Assembly (NCBI RefSeq): GCF_009914755.1
Contig: NC_060932.1
DNA length: 64,000 nt
Strand: one strand, 5' to 3'
DNA from: the human T2T-CHM13v2.0 reference genome, Homo sapiens
This document shows positions 54,590-64,000 of the stretch, in pieces. Every line of letters begins with the position of its first letter. Position 1 is the stretch's first letter. Under the pieces are notes generated by a model. It was not told where the DNA came from, did no database searches, and worked only from the letters and a program-made list of their open reading frames with translations. A program made the translations under genes and the position numbers.

Positions 54590-54790
54590 TATTGTATTTT
54601 TAAGCAAACTTTTGGAATACTTTTAGATTTCATAAAAAACTTATGAAGATAGTACAGAGAGTTCCCATATATTCCATACCCAGTTTTCCCTATTGTTAAC
54701 ATATTATGTTAGTATGGCATACTAACTAATGAACCAATAATAATATATTAGTATTTACTAAAGTCAATACTTTATTCAGATTTCCTTCCT
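54590..54790 (-). mobile_element. Old L1M 3' end fragment
   Basis: TTTTAGATTT...GATAGTACAGAGAGTTCCCATAT...CCAGTTTTCCCTATTGTTAACAT motif. Confidence 0.65.
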
Positions 54791-54852
54791 TATAGTGTAT
54801 TTGTTTTAACCATTGTGACAGCTTTCTTTGTACAATAGGTATTCGTATATGA

Positions 54853-55182
<330 letters not shown>

Positions 55183-58171
55183 TGATTTCTAAAAATCAAT
55201 TTATACTGGTACAAATGGACTCTGTGAATTAGCCTAGAAGACTTAAGGGGAAAAGAGCTTATAGAAAATCCTTTCTAACTCACCACACAGATATGTCTAG
55301 GCAGGGGTCTTGCAGATAGAAAAGAGGAAAGCCAACATCTTCTCTTTCCAATTCTTTGCTCTCACCCTTCTTCCACTGGTCCCTGAGGCAGGGAATTGCA
55401 ATGGATAGGCATTCTCTGTTAGGACACAGTGAGAAACAATGGTAATCTAGTTTTGGTGGTATAGCAAAATCAATACCAATTTCTTAAATGAGTGAGTGAA
55501 TGAATAATGAATGAATGAAAGCATTTCCTAGGTGGTGAATCCTTGAATAGGGTATATCTTGCGTGAGTCAAGGTTAGGAACTATATAGTTTACCCTCATC
55601 TTTACCTTAACAAGATTATTCAGGGTAGACTTCTGGAAGAAATACATTTTGTGCAATTTTGAGTTTTGAACTAGGAATAGAGAGACTAACTTAAATGATA
55701 CAAAAGAGGAAATGATTTGACATAAACAACATGAAAAAAGTCATAGTGAAGGAAATAGAGAAAGGCAAAGAGGCCTGAACATTCCTTCGATTTGCTTAAA
55801 TTAAGTGCCGCTTTTAATTTAATCAAATGGAAATGGAAGGAGATTGATTACCTATTGTCTGGGTAGGTTATTTGGGTGAGGCGCTAAAAGCAATAAAGAC
55901 TCATCTAAATTCAGTGGGAGGAGATGAGGCAGTCCTTGTTGAATCTTTTTTTTATTTGGCTGCAGCTTTTTGTGCTGATCAGGATGTAGAGAGTGACCAA
56001 AGTCAGGAAGTAAGGAACAGAAGAGGCTTCATTAATCCACAGCCAGGACAAATGATTGACCATAGTTTCAATGTGGAAGGAAACATTTGTGAAGCTATTC
56101 CAGGGAAAGAGGCAGCCTCCTCATTTGAAAGCCATTTTGAATAACAAACAAATAATAACGTAATTATTTCTTTCTCTCCCTGACTTCTAAGATTCTCCTT
56201 TTTATTTTCTTTTTCTTTCTTTTCATTATTTGTCAGAATTAGATACTAATTCTTGTTGAATAATTACAAGGCCTATGACGTTTTAAATGTGAATATTGGT
56301 AAGTTTCATTTATTTCATCGAGGGGTCAGTAACACAGAAAGTTCAAACTTACACTTCTTTAACTTTAAATTGCATTAATGTATTGGAGTACACAAAGGCA
56401 GACAATTCTTTTTAGTTTCATTTTGCTTAAATTAACAGTGCGGTTTACATACTCACAAAACATAATACAGTTTTGTATTATGTCAACAGGAATCAATCAA
56501 GAGGAAGTCTGAGAAGGAATTTCAGAATTTAGGATTTTTAGGGGAAAACCTTGAAAATTTGAAACTTTCCATGAAAAATAAAGCTAAGAATTGAGAGCCT
56601 AACGATAATATGAATACAAAATATTTTAAAAATTAGAATCTTATCCCATTAATAGTTACTTTCCAAATATAAATCCTACTGGGTAACTTTAACTCCAAAA
56701 AGTAAATAGGTTCAATAGATGTAAAATAACAAAGGTTAAAATAGTGCAGGACCAGGCTATAATTGTAAAGTCATTGTAACAACTATGGAGGTAGCTTTGA
56801 TTAAAGAGATTAACAGTCAATACTTAGAAAAAAGTCTAGGTGACCTGACACTGAGTTTCTAATTTAGATTACCAGTTACCCTTGGGGGACTTTTAACTGT
56901 GTACCAGTTTTTCAACTTTTGCAATTTTGATAATGAACATGGATTGTTTAGAAAAAAATTAAAACCAATAAAATGATAAACACCGAGCTGTTTGCTTGCT
57001 AATATGTCTTTAAATTAAGGTGGCTTATCTGAGCTATATAAATCTTGAATGACCCTATTTAGGAAATTGGTTTGAGACCATAACATAGTCCAAGATTTTT
57101 TATTAGAGATTCAAGTGTTCTTTACACTAAAGGAAAATTAAATGAAAATTTAAACGGAAGAATGGCATTATCCCCCTTTGAGCAATACAATTCTAAGTTG
57201 TTTATAACGCTCTTTCTCACTAAGCACTCATCCCGTAGGCTGCCTGCCTCTCTTACTCACAAATACAACTCTGAAGTTGTTAGTGGGGATCACCAACAGA
57301 GGGGAGAGTTTGATCCCACAGCACATAGCAACACTTCCTAGGAATTCTCTATTAATGCCTCTCTCTTTCTCCATGATTCCATTTTCTATGGAAGTTATTG
57401 TGTATCTTTCTTCTCTCTTCCAGAAAAATCCTTTCAGCTGTGCCAGTAAAATTCCTGCCACTCTCTTTCCCTACTTTCATGTACAAAGCTTCAAATGTGC
57501 TCACATACCACAATTAGCTAGACAAAACCAAAACAAAACATCACCAAATCAAACCAATAGCAACTTATTCATCCCTCTAAGCATATCATTAAGGAGGCTC
57601 AATTTATCCCATCAAATAATATCTAAAAAATAAACTAGCTGAAAGTAACTTTTTTAAATGTAAGAGGCAAGGTGAAGCATTCCATTTCCTGATCGTAGTC
57701 CTATGCTGTAACTGCTATTTCTTTCCTCATGATATTCATTTCACCCTCATGGTTTACCCTTCATGGGTGTACACAAGGTCACATACCAGTCTATCTGTGA
57801 CATTTTTTTAATATGGGAAAATGTTAAGCCACCAGCTGAGTCATTTATCCAAGAAGCATTTTTAACAGGTGCTGTGGAAAAATGACCTAAATTTATAGGT
57901 CAGAGTTTCAAGAGCTAGTTTAAGTGAGTCAGTGTGTGCACATGCCAGCCTTTTTCTTGTTATTATTATTTTAAATGTTTATTCAGCTGATGGTAGGAAG
58001 GTACTTCAGTAACAGCTGTTAATGGAATCAGAGCCTGCTTTGGAGAAAGCTATGGTATACAGGGTTTTTGGAAATGAGTGAAAAGGAAGTCATCTAGTTT
58101 CATGGTGGGGCCCATTGATCGGATACCCCAGGAACCATTACAAATATTGCGTACAGTCTATAAGCCCATGA

Positions 58172-58200
58172 GTGTGTGTGTGTGTGTGTATGTGTGTGTG
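58172..58200. repeat. (TG)n microsatellite
   Basis: About 14 units with one interruption. Confidence 0.9.
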
Positions 58201-61200
58201 CACGCACATGTGTAGGGGATTCAGATGCTTCACTATCTTCCTCTCTGCCATTACTGCAGAGCATTTGCATTCTTAGGTGATGAACAATGGAGACATAGTG
58301 AAGCGACATCAAATCATATCAAATGCAAAACAGAGTTCAACTGTGATTAATGAGTATGTTAAGATGTGAAGTTGTTTGTCTTTCTAACTTCTCTGAAGAC
58401 AAATGAATTGATGAAATAATATATTGTACTTAGAAGTTATTATAGGTGCATTATTGTTCACAACACAAAACTATGACTCTTAGTTAACACCATTATACCT
58501 GGAAAAATTGTTCTAGCCCTGATGGTTTAAGATTTGCATCTATAATGAAACCCAACTGTAGGCACAATGAGGACAAGAACTAAGTCACCATGTTTACCAT
58601 AATGTAGTGCCTGGGATGCAACAGGCACCACAATAAATGTTTGCTGAATAAGTAGTAATTTAGGGCTACATTGTAGATCTGATCTTTCCTGATCTGAGGA
58701 ACCTTATAATGGCATAATGATGATGATGATCATAAATAATAGCTATGATTTACTAAGTCCTTCTTTGTTCCTGGGACTGGAATTGTAAGTTTTACACATA
58801 TTATTTCACATTTCATATTATCCTAGGGAATATTGTTACCAACATTTCACAGATGACCAAACTGAGTTATACTGTTCCCACTAAACCCCACCCAGAGCAG
58901 TCTGACATTAAAACCTGATCTTTTTACTGCACTTCTTTAGGCAAACACATTCTATATATACACCGTGAACATAGAACTAAGTTAAGGAGAGAGATTGAAT
59001 GTAATATACACTCTTAGATGTTAAGGAAATAGTTAAAGGCAAATTAAAATACTGGATATATTGCAAGGCCCATTTGCCAAATGATTGGTACGGAAAACCA
59101 GTGTTACAATTTCAAATAAGAAGAGATTGCTGTGTCCCAAGGAGCTCACAAAATGCTTCATGAGGGAAAGAAAGTTGTACTGGACATTGAAACATGAATA
59201 GAATTTGAATAGGAAGATGAGGGGAAGTATGTGAACCAAGCTGAGAAGCAGGAACACACAATGGATGTTTAGAGAACAACAGGGAGACTAATGCGGCTGA
59301 GGCTGGCTTAGGGAACAGCTCTCATTTAGGAAAGTGTTCAACAATACGTTACTGGGACACCAGCGGTGGGCAGCTCACATGTCCAGATAAGAAGTTTGGA
59401 ATGTGTCCCATGACAAAAAAAATGTTTGAGATAGTATTTTATTGAAAGCAATTATTTTGTTTTCCATTTAAAAATATTTTATCTCTGTTAACTTTTTGGT
59501 TATCTTCATCCAAGTCTTATTTCCTTGAATATGTTATATAAATTGGGATTATTTTCTATAAACAGTTTGAAATGGAATACATCAAACTTAAAATTGAGTC
59601 TATATCCCAGCAGCAGAAGTGTTTCTTGTTGCAGCAAGGTGTGCAGGCCAGATGCCTGTGCTGGAGGCACACAAGTACACAAATAAACTAGGCTTGTGGC
59701 TTGCAGTTGTGTGTGCCTGTGAATGGTCTCCAGTAGTGGCTCCCAAGATTGCATTCTCAGAATCCCTGGGACCCTGAGTCATTTCTCAAGGTCTGCTGCA
59801 GGGAAGAGGTGGAGCTGGTCAGGGAGCTCAGAGCCTCTGTCCTTCTTCAACCACTGCAACTCCTCAACATTCACTAAGTTGGGGTTACACATACATTTTT
59901 ATTTAAAGAATAAATTCTGCTCATGAAATTCACTTGAAAATGTCTGCCCCTTGACAAACATGGACACTCATTGCATGGTCTGGAGCAGGAATATCATGTT
60001 TTGGATCAGTGAGCATGCACTATTTACAGATGAAAATACCATGTTTGTGCTTAATGCTTTCAGTTGTCCTTTGCCTTTCTTATAACTTTATGCATTTTTT
60101 ACATCTTGCATTTTAAAAATATTACATTTTCCTCTGTGATTTGTTTCATAGTCTTTCTGTTCCAATTTATCATTTTTTCCAAAGGAATTTAACAATCATT
60201 TTTAAGCTTCTCAATCCTCATCCTCACTTGTCTATACATACATCTCCAAAATTGTGTTTTATAATGATGATGAATGGTTTCGGCACTTTCATACAGATTG
60301 GACCCTTATAAGGAAAGTCCAGAGCAGTGGATTTTCCTTGGGCCACTTTATTGGAATTACTAAATCAGCCCCTCTGGGGGTGGGACCCAGGAATCTGTAT
60401 TTCAAGCAAGTTTTCTGTGGTTGAAAGACATGGGTGTGGAGGCACAGGTACACATTAAGAGGACCCTACACAGTCTAGGCATGAAGTGATAGGGTCTGAA
60501 TAAAAGTGATGATCGTGATATAAAAACGGACAGGTATAATCTATTTCAAGGCAAGAGTTTGACCATATTTGTTTTGAGCATTTGTTTCTATTGAGTTTGA
60601 GTTTAGGGGGTTGATAAAAAGCTATGCCACTAATGAAAATATCGACTTGAGGAAGGCTTTTTTCCCTTTGGGGAAAACAATTAATTTATTTGTAACATGT
60701 CAAAATTGACATACTGCCAAGATTTCCAATAATAATTTGGCTCAGGTGAGAGAAGGCTGTGAGCAAAAGATGCTCAGGGGTTAAAGCATGGGCTGTGGGA
60801 GTGACGATACATCCATCTTTGCCACTTGCAGGCTACAGCTTCTTGAGTGACCTCGAGCAGATAATTTAATTTCTCTAAGCCTTAGTTTTGTTGCAGGCTT
60901 GGAAATGGGAGGTGGATGCAATGATTGTCCATGGAGAGAGGACTGTGAAGCTCTCAGGTTGGATTACTTCTCCTGTGGGGAGCTGATAAGAATAAAAAGC
61001 AGAGGATAATGGGCTGAGTCCTGAGGAGCTACTACATTCAGAGGATGCTAGGAAGAAGGGGAAGCAGCATGGGGGTTGGAGGAAGTGCAGGTAGAAAAAC
61101 AAATCTAGCTCTCTAGATTCCTCATATCTCTCAGTCCATCAGCTGTAGTTGGACAGTGATTCCTATTCAGTTTTTGTTAGCAGCAGGACTCTTTCTTTAA

Positions 61201-62157
61201 ATGCATTCCATGGAAAAATTCTGGAGAATGAGGGCCTTCCAAGGTGAACCTCCAGACATCTCCCTGGGCTTGAACCCCAGGATGTAGGATATTTGTAGCT
61301 GGGAGGCCAATACTCCCTCCATCTATGAAGTTGCAAACTGAACCTAGTATACCTAAAAGTCCAGAAGAAACCTTACCTTAGTTATGTGAAGGTATCAGCT
61401 GAGTACTGACCAGAGGGCTTGAAGAAGGCAGGTTTTGAAGTCACATGTTTGTCTCTGCATGAAAGTGTTACTGTCACTGATACCTACTTTACTGTAACCT
61501 TCCAGCAGTCAAGAAGTGAATTCTACTTAAGTACTTTACTATCTTTCTCATTCTAAACTATTGTGGATGTTTGTGTTATTTAATTTAAAGTAGTTATTAT
61601 TCTTAGTTCACTAGACAGTTGATAATAAAAGCTTGGAAAAGAAATACAAGGAGAGCAGGTGACTATAGAGAGGAATGCAGGAAGTTCATGATAATTTATG
61701 TTTTATGACCCATTATCTCTTTTCCCCCTTATCTATTGCCTTGCAGATGAATTCTGAATTTGTCTAATGTATATTTTAAGTATCTGTCAACATGATTTCT
61801 ATAACTATTGTAGCATTAACCTTGATTATTCCTTTGCCTCAGTACAGATTCTAGTGTTCCAAATTCTACTTGATAAACACTGTCCTCTGTCAAGAAAGAT
61901 AGCAATGCAACCAATTAATTTCCCTTCTAAGACTGATTCTGGCTTTTATAGTCTGGTCTTTGGGGGACTGAAATTAGACCACAAATTACTTTAAAGAAGA
62001 ACAAAAAATTCTGCCAGGCAATAGCAACTTCCTGTAATTTTTCTGAGATTTAGAGATCATGTTGCAGAGCTAATACAGAAGTTCAAAGCTTTTCCTGGAA
62101 AAGTGGATCCATCTATAACTTGTGGTACTTGAGGAGTAATTTGCCTAAATCATCAAG

Positions 62158-62347
62158 TTGTGGTTCTCAAATTTTTGTGTGAATAGCAACCACTCACACT
62201 ACTAACTAAAATACAAATTCCCAGATTCACCCTCTGATATGTTGAGTTCAGTAAGTATGGGATAGAGACCAAGGCTCTGCTTCTTAAAGAACTACTCCAA
62301 GTGACTTTGATACAGGTTGTCCATGGGTCACACTTTGAGAAATTCTG
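62158..62347. mobile_element. MER5-type DNA transposon
   Basis: GTGGTTCTCAAATTTT...AAAATACAAATTCCCAG...CACACTTTGAGAAA. Confidence 0.65.
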
Positions 62348-63609
62348 GTGTGTAGAGTAGGTTCACATAAAGGAAATCTTTTGAGGGAAGCACTTTGATA
62401 GAGATCACTGGAGTGGATAAATCATGGAGAATTTCCACTTCACCCAGCACCCTGTGTTTACATAGGTACAGAGCTGCATGATGCCTGGTAGTGAGCTGGT
62501 GTGAGTAAGGTAATTTTACTTAAACCTGGGAATGAGGAAGTAAATAATCAGGGATATCATTGTCCTACCATAGTTATTCAAGCAATCCTATCAATGATGT
62601 TTTGGTCATTCCATAGGCTCCTCAGATGGTATCCTAATTAACTTTCAGAAGACACACTTGCTTTCCCTTGAGTTCTGTAAGCCTTTTAAAAAATGAATAA
62701 TAAGCACTGCAAATCCACCTGTTTAGAAATTACCTTGATAACCATGTTTCATACTTTAATTATAGAAGTTTATTTTCATTATCTGTTCTTTCCTCAATAT
62801 ATTATCACATATTTTGACTCTCCTTTCTAACAATTCTGAAAAAAAAAACCGTAATCAAGTTACTTAAATTTGCAGCAGTTTTCTGAATTGCAAAAGAGTT
62901 GCTCTTGTAATACAAACACAATATAAATTTATTCACGAAAACGTTTCTTTCAAAGGGAATTGTGTAAAGAGAATATTCTTATCCCACTGGTGCCAGCAAT
63001 AACTAGGTAAGAGGGAAAGTTTACCTTCTTTTCTGTTGATCTTTGCTAGTAGCTGTAACTACTAGTTGTTAAGACATGCAGTGAAGTATTTCTGGAAGTG
63101 CACAGGGGGTCTGGCTTCAGCATTTCCCAACTATAGGAACTTAGTAATTAGTTTACTTAGTAAATTGTTTACTACTTTCTACTCTCTGTTTCCTCTTATA
63201 TATATATTCAATACATTTTATTTTATACCCACTATGTGTGCCATCTGAGTGTGCTGAGATCACATTGATAGCACTTTGAAAGGGTGGTGATGGTGACGAA
63301 GATGGAGAGAAGTAGATAGAGGCATTGTGTCATCTAAGCTTCAAATGAGATTAATGCATGTAAATATTATTTCAAGATATAAGGTGCGATACAAATGTAA
63401 GTTATTAATATTTTCTCATTCCCTATCCCTGTCTTCCCAGGTAATTCAAGCATCCTGAGGTATTTATTTGAAGGGCCTTGTAGATATGTATCTACATTGA
63501 CCACTTCATTGAACACTGTACATATAAAGATTAGAAATAACCTAAATAACCATCTAGAGGGAACTGATGAAATAAATTATGGTACTTTTATATACAGGAA
63601 TACCTAACG

Positions 63610-63860
63610 GTAACAATGACAATAAGTAACCTCACTGAGCACTTACTGGATCCCAGAGGTGACGCCAAACTTTGTTTACACATTAAGTTGCTTAAGTATT
63701 ATAACACCCCTATGAGGAGAAATAATTATTATTCATGTTTCACAGACAAGAGAACTGAAGAACAGAGAGGGTAAGTAATTTGCCCAACATTTCAAAGCTA
63801 ATAAGTGATGAAACTAAAATTTGAACCCAGACAGTTTGGTCCTTAGTCTCTGCACTTAAT
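63610..63860 (-). mobile_element. MIR SINE
   Basis: CTGAGCACTTACT...AACTGAAGAACAGAGAGGGTAAGTAATTTGCCCAAC...ATTTGAACCCAGACAGT. Confidence 0.75.
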
Positions 63861-64000
63861 GCTAGTCTTTTTCACAGTTAGAATGAGTAAAGCAATTCTG
63901 TATGTAGGGAAAGGAACACTCTCCAAGATATATTGTAAAGTGAAGAATAGCTACCATTTACTAAAGGAAAGAAGGAAGAAAGGAAGGAAGGAAAGAATAG

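Overview
Human-type (primate) genomic DNA; the TMEM64 protein sequence places it at chr8q21.3 (recognised from memory). The only real coding sequence is TMEM64 exon 1 (minus strand, 9121-9915) in a CpG island. To its left is intron 1; to its right is about 54 kb of repeat-rich upstream DNA. The most striking structure is a HERV-K(HML-2) LTR5_Hs complex at 47905-50685. A 968-bp solo LTR has integrated inside another, 960-bp LTR5_Hs, each with its own target-site duplication (GTGACC and GTATA). An extra 847-bp unit between them is a chimera of the two, as expected from unequal crossing-over. The complex lies inside a MER61 ERV, which lies inside an MSTA LTR. Other oddities are an L1 insertion lacking its 3' half and ending in a non-L1 polyadenylated tail, a 171-bp local duplication, and an in-frame uORF upstream of TMEM64. 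Repeat family names were recognised by eye, and boundaries of old repeats are approximate.
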